The notes under the pieces: model-generated
The model's input: only the letters and a program-made list of their open reading frames with translations
Database searches by the model: none
What the model was told of the DNA's origin: nothing
Source: a virus
Taxonomy: Duplodnaviria; Caudoviricetes
Strand: one strand, 5' to 3'
Length of the DNA: 64,000 bases
IMG/VR virus record: IMGVR_UViG_3300020577_003668
Coordinates: 32,001-96,000 of that record
Shown here: positions 30,910-40,455 of the stretch, in pieces
How the letters are laid out: each line of letters begins with the position of its first letter
How positions within the stretch are numbered: position 1 is the stretch's first letter
Translations under genes and position numbers: made by a program

Positions 30910-31174
30910 TACCTTTTCCCAGTAATCGACGAGGCTAGTGCCGCACTAGTACTGGGAATAAAAACCACCTCCGGATAGGTCGGGGTTCGACTAAACTAAG
31001 AAGCGATAAGAAACCACACGCTGGCCGGTGACATTGGTGGAAGCCTTAGGGAAGGGGTCGACAATTAGGGTCAAAGCCTTATAAATAAATCTCCATTAAT
31101 GACTGACCTGTAGTCAAGCAGGACGTACCCCCCAGATGGGGGTGAGAGAACCCAAAGCTTTAGGGCTTTGGTAA

Positions 31175-31241
31175 GTATTTAGCGTATGGAATAGGTACTT
31201 CACTTGTAACGAAACCCACCCTTTTCCGCTTGTTCTAATAC
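31175..31241 (+). ncRNA. Y-RNA-like unit 5 (minimal)
   Basis: GTATT-TAGCG..GGAA..GG-TACTTC...TTCC-GCTTGTTCT-AATAC. Confidence 0.65.
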
Positions 31242-31249
31242 TTTCCAAA

Positions 31250-31334
31250 GCCTTAGCGATATAAACAGTTACTTCAATTTTTCCTTCCACGAAAACTCGC
31301 CGAAAGGCAGTACGCTGTTTAGCCTGATCTAGGC
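31250..31334 (+). ncRNA. Y-RNA-like unit 6
   Basis: GCCT-TAGCG..TAAACAG-TTACTTC...CTGTTTA-GCCTGATCT-AGGC. Confidence 0.7.
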
Positions 31335-31345
31335 CCCTATTAAAT

Positions 31346-31462
31346 CCTTAGCGAATTTATCAGCTACATCCGCCAGTGGGTAAGACCACACTAATCATCT
31401 AGAGGCTGTCAATGGAATAAACAGTCCAGTCGAAAGACTATCTCTGATATAATTGTTCTAGG
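31346..31462 (+). ncRNA. Y-RNA-like unit 7
   Basis: CCT-TAGCG..TATCAG-CTACATC...CTGATA-TAATTGTTCT-AGG. Confidence 0.65.
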
Positions 31463-31573
31463 TGTATATTTATTATGAAAAGAACTATTCTTGATTACTG
31501 CATCTACTTATTCATTCTAGCAGTAGCAATTTTTAGTGTAATTTATCCCTTATGGCCGAAGTAAGTAATTAAT

Positions 31574-31666
31574 GGATGGCTGCTAGAGCGGCAATAGTCT
31601 GGTTTGCTAAACCAAGGATATTCGGGAAGACCGGGTACATAGGTTCGATTCCTATGCCATCCTCCA
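31574..31666 (+). tRNA. tRNA-Ser(GCU)
   Basis: Cloverleaf with long V-arm, CCA. Confidence 0.9.
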
Positions 31667-31743
31667 AGCATTTAAAATTTAATCTTGATTTATTTGGCCC
31701 ATTGCAGTATAATGATTACTCAATGGGCCAAACTATTTTTAGA

Positions 31744-31914
31744 ATGACTAAACTAATCAACGATTTTAATACTAAATTTAAGGGCTCAACGGCTCCTAAA
31801 CCAAGACAAATCTATACAGGCACAGAAATGATCGGCATCGCTCAGATTCCTAAGTCTAATGCGGTACCAGTTTTTAGCGCTAAAGAAGCGCAAGGCACTG
31901 TGAAGGTGAAGTAA
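31744..31914 (+). CDS. Small hypothetical phage protein
   Basis: IGIAQ.PKSNAVPVFS motif; downstream of a TTGATT/TATAAT promoter. Confidence 0.55.
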   Translation: MTKLINDFNTKFKGSTAPKPRQIYTGTEMIGIAQIPKSNAVPVFSAKEAQGTVKVK

Positions 31915-32220
31915 GATTGTCGTAATTCGGATCAAGCAGATGTGGGCCAGACGGGGCTTCGCCGCCCCCACCTCCACCAGTTAGTATAGAGTATAGATGC
32001 GCATCTAGTAATAGGCTAAGACCTAACAGAAATGTTCTCTGTACTAACTAATGGGGGTGAATATGTTTTCGATGGCGCAAATAAGTGAGATACGCGACAC
32101 GGTAGGCGATGACCGTTAATCAAGCAAAACCTTTAAATGCAGCAAACGATGCATACTTCGGAGAAGAACGCCTAGCGGCGTAATCCCGATGTAGGAGCTA
32201 TCCTATATCAAACAAAATAG
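31915..32220 (+). ncRNA. ssrA: Circularly permuted (two-piece) tmRNA
   Basis: Acceptor piece ending CACCTCC-ACCA (31979) precedes coding piece starting GGGGGTG (32053), giving G3:U70; tag (A)ANDAYFGEERLAA* ends 32183. Confidence 0.9.
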
Positions 32221-32339
32221 TTGGAGCGGCCCTGTCCATAAACAGGGCTATATAAGAAATTAGTCTAGATGTAGGGTTGCGGTAACTTCCTAGCATCGAA
32301 CAATCTAGAGCCGCAGGGTTTACCGACCAAAATACGAAA

Positions 32340-32412
32340 TAGAACGTCAGACTTGTAATCTGAAAATCCCATAAAGGTACGAAGGGCTTGCCTAGGGCAT
32401 GTAGTTTAATGG
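32340..32412 (+). ncRNA. Circularly permuted tRNA-Thr(UGU)-like element
   Basis: GAAC-ASL(TCAGA-CTTGTAA-TCTGA)-CCC..GGG-CTTGCCT-A-GGGCATG-TA-GTTT-AATGG. Confidence 0.55.
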
Positions 32413-32792
32413 ATCGACTAATTTCTTATATAAAAAAATACATTACTAAAACTGAACTATACTTAACTTTCCTCACTAGGCAGGACTCTTACATGGAGAA
32501 AGTACCTGCTGGTACTATTCTTACATTAGTAAATGGAGATTTGTGCTATAATGGAAAAATTAGTATAGATAACCAAATTGGGCTTCTCTATCATGGATAT
32601 ATCGCAGAGTACCCAAAGACTCTTTCAGATGTTGCATCAGGATGATGATCCTAATTGGCGTAGAGCTAGTGGCAATATGTATTGCTACAAATGTTTAGCA
32701 CAATATAGGAAACATCCATACTTTGACGAGCAGTTAAGTACTGGGCATCCTATAGATCACCGTTTATGTAATGGTGATGTGGTACACTTATA

Positions 32793-32880
32793 GGGTAGTT
32801 AGCCAAGTGGTTTACGGCACCTGACTTGAAATCAGACGGTTCGAAAGGGCCCGTGGGTTCGAATCCTACACTACCCGCCA
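32793..32880 (+). tRNA. tRNA-Ser(UGA)
   Basis: Cloverleaf with V-arm, GCCA. Confidence 0.92.
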
Positions 32881-33220
32881 GAATTCTCACTTGATACTAG
32901 TAGTGAATCAGTTTATAATAATTCTTTAATTGATCGAGAAATACCGATGAAAAAGTATGCAGTGGCGCTATACTCCAATTTTGACAGCGACGTTCAAATG
33001 GATATAGTATATGCCAAGTCTGAGCTAGAAGCAGGAAAGCAATTCCTACTATCCCAGGGAGATAATACTGTAGGTAACATGTTACATATTAAGACCTTTG
33101 AAGATCTAAAGAGGTTTGTGTTTGACCAGGACCATGCCATTGGCGTGCTAGCTGTAAACGAGACTGACTGGAAAAGATTCTCTAATGCAAATTCAGCAGA
33201 AATGCCAATTTCAATTCAAT

Positions 33221-33295
33221 AATACGATGACCGAGCGGCTTAGGTATCTGTCTGCAAAACAGAGCAGCCCGGTTCGATTCCGGGTCGTATTTCCA
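33221..33295 (+). tRNA. tRNA-Cys(GCA)
   Basis: Cloverleaf, U73, CCA. Confidence 0.9.
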
Positions 33296-33374
33296 TGCTA
33301 GATCACACTCCTAAACCTACAGTTTATCTAGTGTGGTCTGTAGATAAATACGGATTTGTATCCGTTGAAATTTT

Positions 33375-33449
33375 GCGTGTGTAGTTCAATGGTAGAATAG
33401 GACGTTGCCAACGTCTAGACGAGGGTTCGATTTCCCTCCACCCGCACCA
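33375..33449 (+). tRNA. tRNA-Gly(GCC)
   Basis: Cloverleaf, CCA. Confidence 0.88.
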
Positions 33450-33544
33450 GATAGATGAGATTATAGGAAGTACAACTATAATCTGAGCCGAGGAAGTTAG
33501 TCGAAGGAGTGTTCGGCCCACAAAGGATTAGACTGATTCATCTA

Positions 33545-33615
33545 GAGTACGTTAGCTCAGTTGGCAGAGCGATAGCGACGGCATAGGTCAGGGGTTCGAA
33601 TCCTCCTACGTACTC
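33545..33615 (+). ncRNA. tRNA-like RNA lacking a normal anticodon arm
   Basis: Good acceptor, D-arm TAGCTCAGTTGGCAGAGC and T-arm; collapsed ASL; no CCA. Confidence 0.6.
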
Positions 33616-34221
33616 ACTTTAGAAAATTTGAACTTGATTGTTCGGTTTTCAATCTGTATAATCTATTTATAGATTGAAAAAGGAACAAAGAAATGAAGCA
33701 TTATATTGTGCACATGCACGTTGGTTACGCAGGTATGGACGGCCACGACATTTTGTCTATGCCGGACGATGCTACTATGGAAGAAGTTCAAGATGAAGCG
33801 CATCTGATGGCTTTGGAGCATGCAGAGTCTTACGGATACTATCCGCCTAGCGATGAGTATCCTGAAGAAGATGACGATGATTCTGATTGGAACTCTGATA
33901 AGATTTCTGACGGCATCGAAGGATGGGCTGAACCTTATGACCCTGTTAAGCACGACGGAAAGCGTGCTGGCGGTGGTTCTTTCATGGATGACATTGCTAA
34001 GAACGAGGCACGATAATGGGTTGCGTAGCAAGTATTACTAAGGATACTTTCCCTAAGCAGGGAGAGTATCTCAATCAAAGAGCTAAGGTTTATTTCCATT
34101 ACGATACCCAGACTGAATTTCTGGGTACTATCGTACGCGATGATATGGAATCGCCCTGGCATACTATTATTAAGCTAGATGACGGCAGAGTTGTACTAAC
34201 TACTGAGTGTCAATACTCTCC

Positions 34222-34298
34222 GGTTCCTTAGCAAAGCAGGTCAATGCAGCGGTTTCATACGCCGCCACGCAGTGGTTCGAATCCACTAGGAACTACCA
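34222..34298 (+). tRNA. tRNA(CAU), Met or Ile2
   Basis: GCGGT-TTCATAC-GCCGC, CCA. Confidence 0.85.
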
Positions 34299-34966
34299 AT
34301 AATGGCAATAAAGTTCAGTAAGCTCAAAAATAAGCTCGGTCTTGACGATACGCTACCATTCGGTAGGCATCAAGGATATACAGTAGAGGAAGTTCTAAAG
34401 GATAGACCAGAGTATATATCCTGGCTAATGCGGAATACTAGCCTTAAGTTCTACCCTAGTGTACATGATATGCTTAAAATAATGAAAGCCAAGCATGTAC
34501 CACAATATACAAGTCTAAAACCAGTATATTTTTATGATGGTACTGCTCATGGTGAACAGGCTCATTATGAATTAACTATTAGAGACGAATCATATAACAT
34601 ATATTCGGACCAGGACGATTGGTTTGACGATGTTCCATTTTAATTGAAAGAAATAAATAATGTCTAACGACTCTTTTGCACAACTATTCGACAACGCACT
34701 AAACGCTAACCAAGTTAAGGTTGACCCTGCCTCTGCCCTTCTTAACCATGTTAAGAATCGCGGCTTCATCGTAGGTTCCGTAGACGAACTTGGTAACGTA
34801 TCTTTTGCATCTAAGCCAGTTGTACATCTAACCAAGGCTGACGCAGCTAAGGAAGCACAACGTCTAAGTGGCGTTAATCCTGGTAAGGCGTTTATCTATG
34901 TGCAGTTCGCTGGTGGATACCTAGTGCCACGTATTACTAACGCATACGTATTCTAAAAAAATTTTT

Positions 34967-35042
34967 GGGGGGTTGGTGTGAGAGGTTAGCCGCCATCCTT
35001 ACAAGATGACTGATACTGGTTCGAGTCCAGTACCCCCTACCA
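34967..35042 (+). tRNA. tRNA-Val(UAC)
   Basis: Cloverleaf, CCA. Confidence 0.85.
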
Positions 35043-35250
35043 AAAATTCGTCAGTACGTCGTGACGTTAATCAATAGACGGCATCTAGCTAGGGGAGAAT
35101 TGCCCTAGTAAAGTCCAAGGGAGCTCTGGGACCACGCGAGGATGGCTTTGACTCGCACTCTAGTAATGCATATAAGAGTATAATCTATTGCATTTGACAG
35201 CCGGAAAGTAAAAGGACGGCGGGGTCTGGGTGGAACCAGCAGACCACTTT

Positions 35251-35326
35251 CCTTACTTAGCTCATTAGGTAGAGCGGCATCTTGAAGCGTTGCGCGTGGG
35301 TGGTTCGAATCCATCAGTAAGGACCA
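35251..35326 (+). tRNA. tRNA-Phe(GAA)
   Basis: GCATC-TTGAAGC-GTTGC, CCA. Confidence 0.8.
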
Positions 35327-35392
35327 TAAGTTTAGTAGTATTCTTTAATGCGCAAGTCGACATAAATTATACTAGAATACTACTAAACTTAT

Positions 35393-35468
35393 GGTGCTAA
35401 AGTGTTTATGGACGCACACTACACTGTCAATGTAGTAGAGTCGGGATCGTTACCCGCTAGTACCGCCA
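35393..35468 (+). tRNA. tRNA-Asp(GUC)
   Basis: Cloverleaf, GCCA. Confidence 0.88.
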
Positions 35469-35475
35469 GATAATT

Positions 35476-35563
35476 GGAGTCTTAACGCGTATGGACCGCG
35501 GCACGCTTGGAAAGCGTTGCGCTCGGGCAACCGGGCGGGGTTCGATTCCTCAGATATCCGCCA
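35476..35563 (+). tRNA. tRNA-Ser(GGA)
   Basis: GGA anticodon, V-arm, GCCA. Confidence 0.82.
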
Positions 35564-35575
35564 AAAAGTAAAAAC

Positions 35576-36088
35576 ATGAGTTATAATATATTTTTAATTA
35601 GTGACTACCATTTTGGTCATGAAAAGCCCTATAATACATTTCTAAGAAAAGACGGGCGCTTTCTTAGATACGAGTTTGCAAATTCGGAAGAAGCAGACCA
35701 AGCTATGATTGATAGGCATAATAACGTAGTTAAAGATCAAGATAGAGTATATATTTTAGGGGATGTTTGCTTTCATAAAAAACATCTATATAAGATAGGT
35801 CAAATGAAGGGTCGCAAAGTACTAATTAAAGGAAATCATGATCTTCTAGAGACTAAAGACTATCTGGAATATTTTGATGATATACGGGGGATTCATCAAT
35901 TTAAAGGACTTATTATGTCTCATATACCTATTCATCCCGATTGTCTAGGTAGATGGAATTTCAATGCGCATGGGCATACTCACAACAATAATATGTCAGA
36001 TCCTAGATATTTCAACGTATCAGTAGAACAAATTAATTACACGCCGATTTCACTAGATGAAGTCAAGAAATTTAAACCAAAGGAATAA
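35576..36088 (+). CDS. Metallophosphoesterase
   Basis: SDYHFGH, LGD, GNHD, SH.P, HGHTH. Confidence 0.9.
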   Translation: MSYNIFLISDYHFGHEKPYNTFLRKDGRFLRYEFANSEEADQAMIDRHNNVVKDQDRVYILGDVCFHKKHLYKIGQMKGRKVLIKGNHDLLETKDYLEYFDDIRGIHQFKGLIMSHIPIHPDCLGRWNFNAHGHTHNNNMSDPRYFNVSVEQINYTPISLDEVKKFKPKE

Positions 36089-36942
36089 AAAAATGTCTTG
36101 TTTTGATAAGAAGGCTTATAAGTATCTCAAGCAGGCTGCAAAGAGCGCTAAAGACGTTCACGTAATCAGCGATCCTTGCTATCTGGATGGTGCGGTAGGT
36201 GTTAGTATCGCGTATCGCCCCTCTATTGAAAATACTAACTGCCGAATGCTGGACGTCGCTGTTTCTTATTGCTCACCGGAAGATAAGTACAAGCGCAAGC
36301 ATGGGAAGTACCAAGCACTAAAACGCTTGGCAGCGGGTGAGGTTGTGAAGATGCCACATGCACAATTACTATTTAATGAAGGTCCTGAAGCAGTTAACGA
36401 AGTTCTAATTGCTGCTTTTACAGTTGATTATTAAAGAATACCCGCCTAGTGCGGGTATTTGTATTTGTGGAAAGACATAACGTGCAAGATATTACAACCA
36501 TTGTAAAGGCACAGGAACAAATTGAAGGCCTGCGCCAAGCTTCAAAAATCCACGAGGCAGAGATATCCACTAATCTAAAGAAAATAGTGGAACTTCAGGA
36601 CTTTATAGTTAAGAACTGCCCCCATTCTACTGTTAGTAGAAAGTCTAAGTACTCAAGTGGTGGATACGACTATAGATCCGAAACTACTAACTGGCAAGAG
36701 TGTACAATTTGCGGTCAACGATTCAATGAAAGAAAAACATATGGCGGCTTCCAATAATAGGTTTGCATTAGTGGATATTCTTGGTAAGACATTGACAGTA
36801 TATGAAAAACGCAAGCCACTAGCAACCTATCACTTTGTCGATGGAAAGGTCCCTTCTGCCGAAGACATTGAATGGGCACGTACCGAAGAATATAAGGACA
36901 GAGCATAAAATTTGCTTGAATATAAAGGTAAAAAGTAATATA

Positions 36943-37602
36943 ATGAGTGAATGTTCAGTAAAATTAGTTGCCGTAACTAAGCCAGTAATTGAAGGACTAG
37001 AAACCGCAGAAGACTTTGTAGCTTATGCAGCTAGAGTATCTAATCCATCTAATCAGATGAATACAGAGACCTCTAGTAGGTTGCTAAAGTATCTGGTTAA
37101 AAACCAGCACTGGTCGCCGTTCGAAATGGCACATGCTGTCATGGAGATCAACACTACTAGAGATATTGCTAGACAGATTTTAAGGCATCGTAGTTTCTCC
37201 TTTCAGGAGTTTAGCCAGCGGTATGCTAATGCGGAAGATTTAGGCTTTCAACTAAGAGAAGCTAGACTGCAAGATACCAAAAATAGGCAGAATAGTCTAG
37301 AAGTAGAGGACGCTAATTTAGAAGCTGAGTGGGAGTACTTCCAGGAAGAGCTTCTAGAAGAGGTTAAAGAAATTTATCGCTGGGCCATTGATAATGGTAT
37401 TGCTAAAGAACAAGCTCGCGCAGTACTACCTGAAGGCTTGACTAATAGTCGTCTATATATGTCTGGTTCTCTACGCTCCTGGTTACATTATTGCGCAATT
37501 CGTACAGATAAAGCTACTCAGAAAGAACATCGTGAAGTGGCGGATCAAGCTCTGCTAATTCTAAAGAAAGAATTCCCCTCAATCTCGGAATTAATCCTAT
37601 GA
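36943..37602 (+). CDS. thyX: Flavin-dependent thymidylate synthase
   Basis: HWSPFE, RHRSFSFQEFSQRY, EQARAVLP. Confidence 0.95.
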   Translation: MSECSVKLVAVTKPVIEGLETAEDFVAYAARVSNPSNQMNTETSSRLLKYLVKNQHWSPFEMAHAVMEINTTRDIARQILRHRSFSFQEFSQRYANAEDLGFQLREARLQDTKNRQNSLEVEDANLEAEWEYFQEELLEEVKEIYRWAIDNGIAKEQARAVLPEGLTNSRLYMSGSLRSWLHYCAIRTDKATQKEHREVADQALLILKKEFPSISELIL

Positions 37603-38779
37603 TTATAAATAGTTCAGACTACAATCCTTTTCCTGCTATTAAAGAGCGCATTGTTGATAAAGCGTATTCACTAGCAGATATGGACTTTATCCGGCGGGAA
37701 ATGTTTAAGGGTGGAATAGCCACTGAAACAGATGAAGAGTTTGACCAAGTTCTCAACATGCTAGCAGAAATGGATATTATTTAATGGCACAAAAAACCAG
37801 TAAGTCTAATGAGGCTTACTTTGCACGTTACAAGCAGAGCAACCTATATGCTGCTCACAGGAAAACTAAGCTAGAAAAGCTAATTAAGCTACAGCCTAAC
37901 AACCTACAGCTACCCTTAGCATTGAAGAATGTAGCTAACTATAGGCGTAAAGCGTCTAATACTCCGGCTTGGAGTCATCAACAAATTGCGACGGCAAAAC
38001 TATTCAAGTATTTCGTAGGCAAGTTCGATAAACTCATGTTTAGTCAGAAAGACGAGGACGCATTCGCGGCACGAAAGACTCGTAACGAAAACCTTTTCCC
38101 AGTCGAAAAGAAATCTTATACTAATAAGAAACGTATTAGTGAGTTCTCGCTAGCTGCTCGTGCGCATGATGGTAAGGGTAATCTAGTATGGAGTTGATCT
38201 ACATTTATATTCTATTCGCTGTTACTACCGGTATCTGGTCAGCATATGAGTTATTTAGTCCTATTCTATCTGAACTTAGCGTAACTAATCCCGATGATAT
38301 TTTAGTAAAGAATAAGTGGTTAACCATGGTCACAATGGCTGGATTAGCTGCATTATTTGCTCCTATCTTTATTGGCTTAGTAATGACACCAGGTATGTCC
38401 GAAGCTTTTAAGGATACACTGCTAAAGCAGGTATCTGAGCAACCCGAGAAAATTTGATATTGACTTTGCGGTGCTAAACCGCTATAATATATACTCAATT
38501 CGGAAATCTATATGAAAACCATTACATTTAAGTACACGAAGAAAGACGGATCTGTTTCGGAACGCACTTTACTCGCTATGGTAACTCCAGGCGACAAGTA
38601 TGCTGGTATTGATGTTAGCGAACTTGACCCGTATATGGCAGGTAAGTTTATGGAAGCTGCAGAACAACTGCATGCTAAATATGTCGAATCACTTGCAATT
38701 CTACAAGAAGGGTTCGATCTTAAGCATAACTACCGTCAATTCCTAGCTTCAGGTGTTTCAGAATTGAGTGAAATTTAAT

Positions 38780-38853
38780 AACTCGCAAGTGTTCCGGTAG
38801 CACAAGACACTCCAAACGTCTTTGACGGGGTTCGATTCCCTGGCGGGTTGCCA
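38780..38853 (+). tRNA. tRNA-Trp(CCA)
   Basis: AACTCGC/GCGGGTT-GCCA, CCA anticodon. Confidence 0.85.
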
Positions 38854-39029
38854 CCTAGGAGATTTTATGGCCACAAAACCGAAGTTCCCACCAGTTAAGC
38901 CTGAAGATAAGCCTGAAGATAAGCCAGTAAAGCCGGTAAAAATGCCGCCTAAGAAACCTGGTTGTTAAATTTTAGCTTGATTTTCGAATCCTTAAGTGCT
39001 ATAATATTTATAGTTAGAGGACTCGAAAA

Positions 39030-39642
39030 ATGGATTATGCCTTAGATATTTGTAATAAGTTAAACCTAGATCCTAATTTTGTATTAAAGAAAAAGATACG
39101 TGGATTAAGCGGAATAACCATTTATAGTTTAATACATGCTTTAATACATAATAGTTCAATTGCCGAGGCATCTAAATTTTTAGGGTATAGTGATAACCCT
39201 ATTAAACAAGCAATTAGAAATATATTAAAGCCAATCTTTTCTAACAGAAAAGAAAGTTTCTGTGATGGAGGTTCCCCAGAGTGGCGAAATACTTTACTAT
39301 ATACTATAGGATATAAACATTGCCCTAGTTGCAGTGATATATTGAGTATTGACCAATATACTAATGATTCTAGTAGTGCTACCGGTAAAACCTATAGATG
39401 TAGATTTTGCCTATTACTTAAATCTAAGGAAGAAAAGCAGTATATAATACAACGAACCCCTGCTTGGAGCGAGATTGATTTAATAGCAAAATTCTATAAA
39501 AATTGTCCGAAAGGGTATCATGTAGATCATGACTTACCCCCTAAGAGGGGAACTAGTATCAGGATTGCACGTATTATCTAATTTAAGATATTTACCTGCA
39601 CTAGAGAATATTAGTAAGGGTAATAAATTTAATATAAGCTGA
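39030..39642 (+). pseudogene. HNH endonuclease with +1 frameshift (paralog of 23236)
   Basis: After GYHVDHDLP an extra C in run 39537-39541; +1 frame continues LRGELVSGLHVLSNLRYL..EN..KGNKF. Confidence 0.8.
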
Positions 39643-39720
39643 AGTCCCATAGCGGCGATTGGAACGGTTTTGTAAGCCGTTATAAAAACATCGTGAGTTC
39701 GAGTCTCACCTTCAGCACCA
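39638..39720 (+). tRNA. tRNA-Thr(UGU), extended variable loop
   Basis: ACGGT-TTTGTAA-GCCGT, CCA. Confidence 0.85.
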
Positions 39721-39987
39721 CATAATGTCAAAAAAATTCAGAGCTTACGATACTAAAATAATCGTAGATACATTCTCTCAAACAGCTCAAATTGAGCAAA
39801 CTATCACAGGGATGCTGGGAGGTAAATCAAATATTGAAATAGTTGATTTACCTGTGTCTACAATACCTACTACTATGTTGTATGCGATAGTAGTATGTTA
39901 TAATGCTATGTTTAACATGCTAGAAGAAGCTCAGCTAATTCAAGACGGGCATGTTAAACCCTCCGCGACCATTCATTAAGGAAACAA

Positions 39988-40359
39988 ATGTCAGACGACA
40001 CAAACGAAAAACTAAAGCAAACCATTATTGATAAGTACCTAGCCGCGGAGCCTACTCCAGAGACTAGTACTGAAATTGTTAAAGAAATCGCAGAAGAACT
40101 AGATCAGTCACCTAATAAGGTGCGAATGCTACTTGTGAATGCACAAGTATATGTTAAGAAGGACGCTACCTCTACTTCCAAGGAAGGAACAGCTAAGAAG
40201 ACAGTTGGAGAAGGTACCAAGCGCGTATCAAAGGAATCTCAGATTGCTGCTCTGAAGGCCGCTATTGTGGCGAAGGGTGCAACCGTAGATGATGATATTC
40301 TTGACAAGCTGACTGGTAAGGCTGCGGCATACTTTACTACTGTTCTAGGTAGTAAGTAA
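39988..40359 (+). CDS. D3: T5 D3-like protein
   Basis: S.EIV.EIA...SPN.VRM.L..A.VY.KK, LDKLTGKAA. Confidence 0.8.
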   Translation: MSDDTNEKLKQTIIDKYLAAEPTPETSTEIVKEIAEELDQSPNKVRMLLVNAQVYVKKDATSTSKEGTAKKTVGEGTKRVSKESQIAALKAAIVAKGATVDDDILDKLTGKAAAYFTTVLGSK

Positions 40360-40455
40360 TCAAAGGCTGCCTTAGTGCAGCCTTTTTGCTTTATAAAATT
40401 TGAATTTGCTTCGCTATAGCTAATATGCTATAATGATGCATTAAGGAGAAATTTT

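Noticed and set aside
25567-30980. Shared ACCTCCGGATAGG in two non-coding blocks
   Set aside because: Only 13 nt, with no common structure I could establish
28917-31462. Y-RNA-like units as a CRISPR-like array
   Set aside because: The repeat is a bipartite, covarying stem enclosing structured domains, not a direct repeat with spacers
31576-31743. N-terminal part of ORF 31576-31914
   Set aside because: Overlaps tRNA-Ser(GCU) and a promoter; probable start is 31744
35251-35326. Alternative anticodon register (UGA, Ser) for the 35251 tRNA
   Set aside because: Best stem register gives GAA (Phe) and there is no long V-arm; no sign of stop-codon recoding in the ORFs
35507-35575. N-terminal extension of the phosphoesterase ORF
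   Set aside because: Overlaps tRNA-Ser(GGA); ATG 35576 fits the domain start
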